A DNA stretch of 64,000 bases. Origin: a virus. The stretch is taken from positions 2,517 to 66,516 of the IMG/VR virus record IMGVR_UViG_3300042387_002461; one strand, written 5' to 3'. The position numbers were made by a program, and so were the translations under genes. The notes beneath the pieces are model-generated. The model did not search any database. It saw only the letters and a program-made list of their open reading frames with translations, and had not been told where the DNA came from. Positions 45,025 through 53,757 of the stretch are shown in pieces. Positions within the stretch are counted from its first letter, which is position 1. Every line of letters starts with the position of its first letter.

Positions 45025-45579
45025 ATGAATAAAGACCAAAGATTACTAGAAGAAGCTTATCAGAGTATTTGCGAGTCTTTAAAAGAGCCTCTTTATTTTG
45101 GTCCAAAGAAAGATAAAGAAGGATGGTTATTGTGGCTGAAGGATTATGTACATGAGGTGCATGAAGATGGCTCTGTGAGCATTGATGGAGACGTGAATTT
45201 TATGGTGAATACTTTATCAGTATTTCCTTTCAAGTTCAAAAAGGTTACTGGAGATTTTTCATGTTTTAATCTAAAGCTTACAACTTTGGAAGGAGCTCCA
45301 GAAGAAGTAGGAGGAGATTTTTTATGCTCTTATAATATGTTTAAAACTTTAAAAGGAGCTCCAGAAAAAGTTGGAGGATCTTTTTATTGCTTTCATAATT
45401 CTAAAAAGTTAATGATTGCTTCCTTAGAAGGAGCTCCGGCAGAAATTGGAGGAGAATTTGAGAGCAATAGGTTTACTGACGAGGATTACAGAAGGTACGC
45501 AAGAGAGAAAAAAATTAAAAAGAAGCTAGATAAAGAACTCGATAAAGATCTAAATGTAGACTTGGGAGATTTTTCTTAA
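45025..45579 (+). CDS. MNKDQ-family SLEGAP-repeat protein
   Basis: Start corrected; repeats and tail. Confidence 0.85.
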   Translation: MNKDQRLLEEAYQSICESLKEPLYFGPKKDKEGWLLWLKDYVHEVHEDGSVSIDGDVNFMVNTLSVFPFKFKKVTGDFSCFNLKLTTLEGAPEEVGGDFLCSYNMFKTLKGAPEKVGGSFYCFHNSKKLMIASLEGAPAEIGGEFESNRFTDEDYRRYAREKKIKKKLDKELDKDLNVDLGDFS

Positions 45580-45899
45580 AATATTTTTGTATCCAAACGA
45601 AAAAAGTCAACCGTTTGAGATAAATAAAATAAGAAGACTCGAAAGAGGATTTAAAAAAGTAGTTATCTAGGATACACATAAAGCCCATGAGGTAGTGATT
45701 AATGCCACAGCACTGACGAAACTTTAAAGACTCCGGAATCTTCTAAAGACATAAGAAGAATTTAAAGACTTAAAAATCTTTGGGCGCTTCTAAAATATAA
45801 AAGAATCAGAAACTTCATTATCGCGGCCACAGTTCAAAGAAAGTTTGATGTCTGGGACAATACTACCCGCCAAACACTACAACCTCGAATTGGGAAGAG

Positions 45900-47000
45900 A
45901 GAAAGATTCTAAGAGGAATAAAGAAGAAGATTATATAAAAATTTATAGAGAGAAAAAGATTGAGCATTAAGATCCCTCAGAATGCTTTTGAAACTTCGCG
46001 TGTCTTTAAAAAAGGATATAAGAAGTTTTGAAATATTTTGCGGGCAATAGAAGCAGAACATAATCTACATAGAGAGAAAGAAGCTAATAGAAAAGATAGT
46101 AACATTCTTCAGAAGACAGAGAGAAACATTATAAAAAGCCCTAGAGAGAATTTTAAATATTTGGAACCTTTGTGTCTTTATAGAGGGAGAGAGAAGAGAT
46201 CTACATAGAGAAGAGAGAGGAGACTTTTCCTGAGGGACTGTTAATTACTTGCATGGAACTTAATCAAACCAACTTAGAATATGCAGTGACTACTATTACT
46301 TTGAAGAAAGCTTTGGAGTTCTGCAAGAGGTACTTTGGAAGGATTGAATGGAACTTTTTGCAAGAGCTAGGCTTCGGAGATCTGCAGAGAGAGCAGGTTA
46401 TGAGCATTTATTCAAAGATTGCAAATCTTGATGGGCGCTGAGAGAGGGAGAGATTCAAGTGTTTCAGGAACTGAAGAAGTTTTGAAGGGAGAGAGGGAGA
46501 GAAGATTTTGAAAAGATTTTGGAAAATTTTTCGAGGGCCTCTGAGGGCCTTATAAGGATTTTTTAAAAAGTTTTGTAAGAAATGTTTAGAAAAGCTAACT
46601 GTTTTTCAAAAGATCTCTAAAAATCTTTCAAAATTCCTCCAAAATCTTCCGAAAATTCTCTAAAAAGTTCTCTTAAAATATACTTTTCACTATTTTGGAC
46701 ACTCTCTATTTTTAAAAAACCTCTGTATTTTCTAAGTTTCCTTCTTAATTTTCACTGCGGGAAACGCGCTAAAAATACTTCAAAAATATTCCAAACATTT
46801 CCCCGCAGGGAATTAATTTCTTTAGATCTCTTTAGACTCTTGCACAAAGGCTCCATAAAGCTTTTTCTGAATTATTTCTTCTCTCTCCGGAGTTTCTTTA
46901 TAGTATTTTTAAGCTTCTCTCCCGTACCAAAAGTGCTATTTTAATGCAATAAAAATACTCTCCAGAAATTACTAATAAAAACTCTCTTATTCACATTTCT
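45900..47000. other. candidate replication origin / large non-coding control region
   Basis: Mostly non-coding; GAGAGA motifs flip to TCTCTC across ~46600; imperfect inverted repeats 46501-46530 vs 46620-46660. Confidence 0.45.
46253..46441 (+). CDS. hypothetical protein
   Basis: TAATTACTTGCATG start context. Confidence 0.55.
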   Translation: MELNQTNLEYAVTTITLKKALEFCKRYFGRIEWNFLQELGFGDLQREQVMSIYSKIANLDGR

Positions 47001-47014
47001 GATTAAATAAGATA

Positions 47015-47566
47015 ATGAAGTTTAGCAATTTTGTGCAAGACAAACAAATTTTAAGATATCTCAAAGAAAGTCCGGATGTAGTTAATGACAAGTATCACAG
47101 AAGAAATTATAACTTTGATTTATTCTTAGGAGATTCAGAAGGAATTATTATTGTTCCAAAGAAAGACTTTGAATTTGATACTCATGCAGATATCATTCGT
47201 TATTTCTTTGAAACGGGACTAGCAGATAAAAAAACTAAAAAATTAAAAATGTTTCAAGGTTTAAGAAAACTTAAAAATCTTCTAACTGCTAATTATTTGA
47301 AGATGAAAGTAATCGGCAGTCCTAAATCTATATCTCTAGCTTATATGGGAATTATTCTACCAAAACAAAATGGAAAGCGGGTAGCAGAAGGAAAAAAACC
47401 TTATAAAGATGTGGACGGAACTTATATTTCATTCTGGGATAAAAAAGGAAGCACGGAAGGAATTTCTTGTCAGCTCTTAAAGGATTATTGCAAAAAGCAT
47501 TATTCTGCTCCTTACTTTTTAGAAGTAATGGAAAGCGAATTTACTTCGACTGTATCAAGCTTTTAA
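47015..47566 (+). CDS. late protein with CTS-like N-terminus
   Basis: TAAATA; MKFSNFV...YLKESPD. Confidence 0.75.
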   Translation: MKFSNFVQDKQILRYLKESPDVVNDKYHRRNYNFDLFLGDSEGIIIVPKKDFEFDTHADIIRYFFETGLADKKTKKLKMFQGLRKLKNLLTANYLKMKVIGSPKSISLAYMGIILPKQNGKRVAEGKKPYKDVDGTYISFWDKKGSTEGISCQLLKDYCKKHYSAPYFLEVMESEFTSTVSSF

Positions 47567-47753
47567 GCTCATCATTTCTGATCTTCAAAAGCTTTCAGAG
47601 TACATACACATAAACAAATCAGTCCAATTGCTAAAAGATATTCTGGAAGTAAACAAAGGCTGAAGAGGGACAAGGCAATTCCAAAACAATAAGTGACTTT
47701 CATAATTTCAATTTAAGGGCTTTTAATGGACAAGGCAAGAGATAATTACTATA

Positions 47754-48374
47754 GTGAACAAAGATCAGAGACTACTTGAAGAGGCTTATCATTTAATTAC
47801 TGAGCGGTCTCTTTCTCTTCCAATTATCATTATTGATGTTCAGCCTGCTTATGATAAGTTCTGTTCTTCTATTATGGCTGATCTTGCTTCCTTTCTGAAC
47901 TCTGCGAAGGGTTCGATTACTTGTTTCTTTAATGGTCCAGATGTTGGTGTAGAAGATTCTATTCAATCTGTTGCTTATTATTATTCAGAGCACGGAGTGA
48001 ATGAAGAAGTTATCGAAAGGATTGACTTTAAGGAAAAATCTTATGCATTCTTCCGGAATTGGATGGATGCTGGAATGGATCGAAAGCATTTGATTAAAGC
48101 AATTCGTTTTATGGTTATGGAAAGAATTGTTGATAGTCGAGATGTCTCTTCTGATCAATGGAAAGAACTGTTTGGAGAAGACTATGAAGAGCTCTCTTCT
48201 GTTATTGAGTCTGAAGATAACATTAATCTTCCTGATATTTCTTTGAGTGCTTTAAAGTCTCTTGGCGGCTGTTATCTTTGCGGAGGAGCCAAGGACGAAT
48301 GTTTATCAGAATTTCGTTTTCTTCTTGAGTCTTTTAATATTCCTTATAAACTTGTTAGTAGTCTAATTTATTAA
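47754..48374 (+). CDS. MNKDQ-family protein with isochorismatase-like (cysteine hydrolase) fold
   Basis: IIIIDVQP...K.Y.F...LCGGAKDECL. Confidence 0.65.
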   Translation: MNKDQRLLEEAYHLITERSLSLPIIIIDVQPAYDKFCSSIMADLASFLNSAKGSITCFFNGPDVGVEDSIQSVAYYYSEHGVNEEVIERIDFKEKSYAFFRNWMDAGMDRKHLIKAIRFMVMERIVDSRDVSSDQWKELFGEDYEELSSVIESEDNINLPDISLSALKSLGGCYLCGGAKDECLSEFRFLLESFNIPYKLVSSLIY

Positions 48375-48382
48375 GTATGCTT

Positions 48383-48913
48383 ATGAACAAAGATCAGGTA
48401 TTACTTGAAGAAGCATATAAGGCTATTTATGAAAGTGCTTCGGAGCCTTTATATATTGGCAAACCAAACAGAAAGAAATATTTTTTAGATTGGTTGAGCG
48501 TCCGTGATTATGAAGTTCTTGCTGATGGTTCTCTAAAAGTTGAAGGCAACATTTTGTTTAACCATCTTAATCTTACAAAAATTCCTTTTAAATTTGATCA
48601 AGTGAATGGTTATTTCATGTGCACCCACAACAAGCTTTCTTCTCTCGAAGGTTCTCCTCGAATTGTCAATGGATCTTTTTTTTGCGATGACAACAAGCTT
48701 TCTTCTCTGCAAGGAGCTCCAAAAATCGTCGAAGGAAATTTTGTTTGCACAAGCAATCCTCTTCAATCATTAGAAGGAGCTCCGGAGATTATTAAAGGAG
48801 AGTTTCGAAGTGATCAGTTCTCTGATAAGGATTATAGAGACTTTATCAAGCACGAAAAGTATGTTAAGGGAAAGCTCGAGAAGGACTTTGATATCGATCT
48901 GCAGGATTTTTGA
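48383..48913 (+). CDS. MNKDQ-family SLEGAP-repeat protein
   Basis: Repeats; DFDIDLQDF tail. Confidence 0.85.
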   Translation: MNKDQVLLEEAYKAIYESASEPLYIGKPNRKKYFLDWLSVRDYEVLADGSLKVEGNILFNHLNLTKIPFKFDQVNGYFMCTHNKLSSLEGSPRIVNGSFFCDDNKLSSLQGAPKIVEGNFVCTSNPLQSLEGAPEIIKGEFRSDQFSDKDYRDFIKHEKYVKGKLEKDFDIDLQDF

Positions 48914-48914
48914 T

Positions 48915-49430
48915 ATGAATAAGGATCAGAAATTACTTGAAGAAGCTTATGAATCAATCTATAATGATTCTCTAACTTCTTTTGAAGAATCTCTCGTTAA
49001 GAAAGCTGCTCAGGATATAACTGCTCTTTATTTTCGCACCAAGCGAGATGTTAAGAAGATGCTTGTTCTTTTCAAAGACTTGCTTGATTTGAAAGAAGCA
49101 ACTGAAATTCTCAATTCTTCTGATGACATTAAAGATTTTCTTTATAAGAAATTTCAGAACTCTCTTTGGGACATAGCTTTCAATAAAGGCACATTTGCAT
49201 ACCGAGCATCATCAAGAACCGGAACGCTCACAGGCACAGAAGACAATCTTGAAGAATTTCTTTATAAAGTCTTTTCTGATGCCATTCTTGGATTTTTTGC
49301 TGTTATGAAAAAAGTTGATAGCGGAATTCATCCAAAAATTCTTGATTATATTAAAAATACACGAGAAATGCAGAAAAAAGTTGATAAGGAACTGGATAAA
49401 GACTTTGACATCGATTTGGAGGATTTTTAA
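48915..49430 (+). CDS. MNKDQ-family protein with unrelated helical core
   Basis: Start corrected; DFDIDLEDF tail. Confidence 0.85.
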   Translation: MNKDQKLLEEAYESIYNDSLTSFEESLVKKAAQDITALYFRTKRDVKKMLVLFKDLLDLKEATEILNSSDDIKDFLYKKFQNSLWDIAFNKGTFAYRASSRTGTLTGTEDNLEEFLYKVFSDAILGFFAVMKKVDSGIHPKILDYIKNTREMQKKVDKELDKDFDIDLEDF

Positions 49431-49431
49431 T

Positions 49432-50088
49432 ATGAACAAAGATCAAAAATTACTCGAAGAAGCTTATAGTTCAGTTTGTGAAGGAGCAAGAGCTCCTTTT
49501 TATTCTAAGACTCCTCAAAAAGAACCTTTGTATTTTGGTAAATTGGAACACAAAGGCTACTGGCGGAATTATCTCGGATTGTTTCACCCCGAAATAACAG
49601 AAGATGGATCAGTTCGCATCAAAGGAGACTTTAGTTATTATGGAGGCAACTCTGAAGAAATTTCTGCAAATATGGATCGTTTGCCATATAATTTTGAATC
49701 AGTCGACGGAGACTTTTCGATAAGCAACTGTATCAATCTCGGATCTCTGGAAGGCTCTCCCAAGTTTGTTCCAGGTTCATTTGTTTGTGATGCTTGTGAC
49801 TTGAAGACTCTCAAAGGTGCTCCAAGAAAAGTTGGCAAGTATTTTCAGTGCGATACTAATCAACTAACAAGCTTGGAAGGAGCTCCAGAGCATGTTGGAA
49901 CAAATTTTTGGGCCAATGAAAATCCAATTACTTCTCTTAAAGGAGCTCCAGAATTCATTGGAGGGAAGTTTGCTTCTGATAAGTTTTCTCATCAAGATTA
50001 TGAGAAGTTCAAGAGAGATCGCAGGGTTCAAAAGAAAGTTGAAAAAGAACTTGATAAAGATTTTGATATTGATTTGGAAGATTTTTAA
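49432..50088 (+). CDS. MNKDQ-family SLEGAP-repeat protein
   Basis: Start corrected; repeats; DFDIDLEDF tail. Confidence 0.85.
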   Translation: MNKDQKLLEEAYSSVCEGARAPFYSKTPQKEPLYFGKLEHKGYWRNYLGLFHPEITEDGSVRIKGDFSYYGGNSEEISANMDRLPYNFESVDGDFSISNCINLGSLEGSPKFVPGSFVCDACDLKTLKGAPRKVGKYFQCDTNQLTSLEGAPEHVGTNFWANENPITSLKGAPEFIGGKFASDKFSHQDYEKFKRDRRVQKKVEKELDKDFDIDLEDF

Positions 50089-50144
50089 GTCTTTTTTTGA
50101 GTCTTTTGACGAAAAAATTTGACGGGATTTGATAAGTAATTAAA

Positions 50145-50219
50145 GGAAACAAGAGTTAGAGCAGACGTTCCAAGGCGTCTCTCAACCGTGAATAACAAAG
50201 CGGCTGTCCTCTTGCTTCT
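50145..50219 (+). ncRNA. three-way-junction leader motif upstream of HNH gene
   Basis: CAAGAG-TTA-[GAGCAGACGT TCCAAG GCGTCTCTC]-AA-[CCGT..GCGG]-CTGTC-CTCTTG after GATAAGTA. Confidence 0.65.
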
Positions 50220-50230
50220 CAAAATTAATT

Positions 50231-50962
50231 ATGAATAACAATTCCCAAAATCCAGAAAATCCTGAAAAGAAGCCTTTTGACAGAGCAGAGTATAACCGAA
50301 ATTATCAAAAGGAATACAGAAAAAAGAACATTGAGAAGAAAAAAGCTTATGATAAACAGTACAAACAAGAGCACAGAGAAGAAAATAAAGCTTATCAAAG
50401 AGAGCGTCAACAAAACAACCCTGAAAAGAACAGAGCTGCTAATAAGAAGTCCAGAGAGGCTCACCTAGAAGAAAGAAAAGCTTATGACAAGCGGTACAAA
50501 GAAGAGCACAGAGAAGAAAATAAAGCTTACGGAAAGGTTTATCGAGAGGAGCACAAGGAAGAGGCTAGAGCGTACAGACAAGGACGTGCTGAGGAGACAA
50601 GAGTTTATAATAGGGAATATGTAAGAGAGAAAAGAAAAACCGATCCGACATTTAGACTCATCGAAAATATGAGATCAAGAGTGAGCAGCGCTCTTAGGTG
50701 CAAAGACTCTACAAAGAATAAAACTACGATCGATTTGCTTGGCTGCACTCCCGAATTTCTTAAAAACTACTTAGAGTCTTTGTTCGCCGAAGGAATGACT
50801 TGGGACAATTACGGTAAGAAGGGTTGGCACGTTGATCACATAATCCCCTGTGCTAGTTTCGATTTGACTAAAGAAGAAGAGCAGAAAGAATGCTTTCACT
50901 ATACAAACTTGCAACCCCTTTGGTGGTTAGACAATATTAAAAAAAGTGACAAGATTTTGTAA
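50231..50962 (+). CDS. HNH endonuclease with Y(K/R)EEHREE repeats
   Basis: LLGCT...EGMTWDNYG..GWHVDHIIP...FHYTNLQPLW..DN. Confidence 0.85.
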   Translation: MNNNSQNPENPEKKPFDRAEYNRNYQKEYRKKNIEKKKAYDKQYKQEHREENKAYQRERQQNNPEKNRAANKKSREAHLEERKAYDKRYKEEHREENKAYGKVYREEHKEEARAYRQGRAEETRVYNREYVREKRKTDPTFRLIENMRSRVSSALRCKDSTKNKTTIDLLGCTPEFLKNYLESLFAEGMTWDNYGKKGWHVDHIIPCASFDLTKEEEQKECFHYTNLQPLWWLDNIKKSDKIL

Positions 50963-51007
50963 TCGATTAGCAAAAAAAGTCAACAAAATAGATAAGTAAT
51001 ATTACTA

Positions 51008-51117
51008 TGAGCAATAGAGGCGAATGCAACCATAAAAGAGAGAAACGTAAGCCGAAACAAGCAGGTTCCAAATCTTCAAACAAGGGCGCGAATAAAAAGA
51101 AAAACAAGGGCAAATAG
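51008..51117 (+). CDS. very basic small peptide (about 36 aa)
   Basis: GATAAGTA promoter; MSNRGECNHKREKRKPK... Confidence 0.45.
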
Positions 51118-51167
51118 TCCTTTTCTTCAACAAAACCCTTTGGAGGCCCTTTAAAACGTTTTAATCC

Positions 51168-51503
51168 ATGATTTTAAAGCGCATCAAAGACGCCATCCAA
51201 GGCAAAGCACCTTTGAAGACCAAAAGATCTTCAAAATGGCCTGCGGTTCGCAAGAATCATCTGGCTAAGCATCCTTGTTGTGCAGTCTGTGGAGGAACCG
51301 AAAAGGTGGAAGTGCATCACATAATTCCCTTTCATCAAGATCCTTCTCTAGAACTAGAGCCAACAAATCTGATAAGCCTTTGCGAATCAAAAAGCTTTGG
51401 AATTGTTTGTCATCTTTTGATAGGACACTTAGGAAATTACAGAAAAACCAATCCAGATGTCATCAAAGACGCAAAAGTTTGGAACGAAAAATTGCAAAAC
51501 TGA
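51168..51503 (+). CDS. small Zn-binding HNH endonuclease
   Basis: CAVC...VHHIIP...NLISLC...CHLLIGH. Confidence 0.8.
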   Translation: MILKRIKDAIQGKAPLKTKRSSKWPAVRKNHLAKHPCCAVCGGTEKVEVHHIIPFHQDPSLELEPTNLISLCESKSFGIVCHLLIGHLGNYRKTNPDVIKDAKVWNEKLQN

Positions 51504-51524
51504 TTCTTTTCCTTAAATAACTTC

Positions 51525-52073
51525 ATGAAACAATTTGATTTGGTTTATGAACAAGCAATGGACTACTTGCGGGAGCAGGTAACAGTAATCGACAAATATT
51601 CTGATCTTGCTAATAATATTTTAAAGCTCGTTGGAGTTCTTCAGCAAAGAGATTATTTGGATGATGAACAAACTCCGGAAGAAATTCGTGATGAAGTTAT
51701 TCAAAGGTCTCCTCTAACTCTTCTCATCGGAACTGATAAAAAAGCTTATCTTCCTGAAACTGAACTAACATTCCTCGAAAGCGACAATGTTGATGAATTC
51801 ATTGTCAAGACTCAAATCATCGACAAAAAGAAATTTGCTAATATTCCAACAGAAAAAACCTTCGGAGAACTCAAACTTCCTTCTGAAGTAATTCCAGACA
51901 TTCTTGATTATCTTGAACTTGTTAAAAAAGAATCTGTAGCAAATACTCAAGCAGTTGATGAAATGCCTGCAGAGGAAGGTGGCAATGCTCAACCGGGCGG
52001 AGGTGAATCTGCTCTTCCTGGACTTGGTTCTGAAGAAGCTCCGCAAGTTCCTCCTGCTGTTCCTAATGTCTAA
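51525..52073 (+). CDS. hypothetical late protein
   Basis: TAAATA; MKQFDLVYEQ. Confidence 0.75.
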   Translation: MKQFDLVYEQAMDYLREQVTVIDKYSDLANNILKLVGVLQQRDYLDDEQTPEEIRDEVIQRSPLTLLIGTDKKAYLPETELTFLESDNVDEFIVKTQIIDKKKFANIPTEKTFGELKLPSEVIPDILDYLELVKKESVANTQAVDEMPAEEGGNAQPGGGESALPGLGSEEAPQVPPAVPNV

Positions 52074-52075
52074 AT

Positions 52076-52843
52076 ATGGCTGAAATCTTCGAGAATCGGA
52101 TTCCCTACTTCTTTCAGATCCTCAATACTCCTGCAGGATCTCTTCCGAAAGGAGCCCAATGGGTTGCTGTATTCGAAGATCTTCCTAAAAGAATTTTGCC
52201 CGGAATTGCAAAAGCTTTGACATATGAAGGACATGAATGGAAGATTGCTAAAGCTGCTGAAATAGTTACAAACGACAATTACCAGAAGACGAGTGGTTGT
52301 GTGTTCTGTCAAGCAATTGGTTTGCCAAGAGATGGTATAACTACTATGCAAGAAGGAGGAAACATTAGAACAAATGGATTTCTAGGATCTCAAGTTGGTC
52401 AAACAAGAGTGCTTGAGCAAACGCTCAGAGCTACATTTCTTGACACTAATGTCAGCTTCGTAGACAACTTTTTAAGACCTTGGTCACTATCCACAGCTAA
52501 TTTTGGATTAATTGCACGACCAGAAGGTTCTGTAGAAAATTATAGAACAAATGCTCACTTTTATAAACTTGGTAGCTATTCAAGCAGTCTTCCTCCAGTA
52601 GTAACTATGAAGGTTTCTTTTTATGGTCTTTGCTGTATTGATGTGACTGCTGAAGAATACACTTATCAAACAGCTAGTTCGCCAGTTCTTCGTGAATCGA
52701 CATTTGTATACAACCATTATGCAATTGATACGGAAACTGGCAATATGTTTTTAAATCCTCCTTTGCCTGCTGGATCTCCAATTGTTACTCAGTCTGCACC
52801 TGCAGCTAGAGCAGGCATTCAATCAGTTCAAGCTATTGCATGA
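52076..52843 (+). CDS. tail-tube-fold baseplate protein (T4 gp54-like)
   Basis: FCQAIGLP...L..TFLDTN.SF.D...RPW...F.Y..Y; position before hub genes. Confidence 0.55.
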   Translation: MAEIFENRIPYFFQILNTPAGSLPKGAQWVAVFEDLPKRILPGIAKALTYEGHEWKIAKAAEIVTNDNYQKTSGCVFCQAIGLPRDGITTMQEGGNIRTNGFLGSQVGQTRVLEQTLRATFLDTNVSFVDNFLRPWSLSTANFGLIARPEGSVENYRTNAHFYKLGSYSSSLPPVVTMKVSFYGLCCIDVTAEEYTYQTASSPVLRESTFVYNHYAIDTETGNMFLNPPLPAGSPIVTQSAPAARAGIQSVQAIA

Positions 52844-53757
52844 AATTTATTTCAGATCTTTCAAGTCACAAGCTCGTCTGCTCTGAACTAACTGTAGCAG
52901 ATTACAAACAAATTTTAAAATGTTCCTTTGGTGATGAACCAGATTTTGAACTATTTTCTGAAACAATTTGTGATGTTATCGGAAAGTTAACAAATAAGCC
53001 TGCAGAATTTGTTAAGAGTTTACCAATGAGCGATGTTCTTTGTATTCTAATTGATTTAAGACTGAAGTCAATGGGCGATGTAGTAACTGTTTCTGTAAAG
53101 AGTGAAGAGAAGCAAATGTCTCTTGATTTAAATCTGAGCACCATAAAAGAAGACATCAAACAATTCTATAAACCATTTTGTTGCTCAAAAATTACTCAAA
53201 AAGATTTGGAGATTGTCTTATCAGTTCCTTCAATCGAAATGCTCTCAACAAAGACAGATGACGAATATTTGTATTTTATTAAGAGTGTGCTGTTGAAGAA
53301 GAGCGCTTTTGAGATTTCTAATATTGAAGAAGCTTCTGCTTTATTTGAAAAAATTTCTGCAAAGGTTGCTTCGCAAATTATTTCTCACTGCAGACAGTTT
53401 ATTGAAAGCGTCAAAGAATTAAACTTACTTGCTCGCTATGAAGGAATTGAGCAGAAGCTTGGATTTGTTCCGACAATTGAAAACTTACTCTGGTTTGTAA
53501 AATTGTTGTTCAATGAACCGCTCGATGCTTTTTATGATAATATTTTTTATCTTTCAAAGCATGTTAATATGACTCCGCAATATATTGAAAGTTGCACACC
53601 AGGTGAGTATATCTACTTTACGAAAAAGTTAGAAGCTTCGATTGCTGCTCAGAACCAAGGAAATGGACAGCAAACTGACTACCAGCAAAGTTCTGAAGGA
53701 TTTCCAGAAGATTTGCAGGATGAATATGTTCCGGATGATGGTTATGTTGATTTGTGA
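52840..53757 (+). CDS. baseplate hub assembly protein (gp26/gp51-like)
   Basis: ELTV.DYK...LIDLR.KSMGD; C-terminal Y..IFYL...TP.E...F. Confidence 0.6.
   Translation: MKFISDLSSHKLVCSELTVADYKQILKCSFGDEPDFELFSETICDVIGKLTNKPAEFVKSLPMSDVLCILIDLRLKSMGDVVTVSVKSEEKQMSLDLNLSTIKEDIKQFYKPFCCSKITQKDLEIVLSVPSIEMLSTKTDDEYLYFIKSVLLKKSAFEISNIEEASALFEKISAKVASQIISHCRQFIESVKELNLLARYEGIEQKLGFVPTIENLLWFVKLLFNEPLDAFYDNIFYLSKHVNMTPQYIESCTPGEYIYFTKKLEASIAAQNQGNGQQTDYQQSSEGFPEDLQDEYVPDDGYVDL

Noticed and set aside
44426-50088. Diversity-generating retroelement acting on the SLEGAP-repeat genes
   Set aside because: No reverse transcriptase in the window and no template/variable repeat pair differing only at adenines
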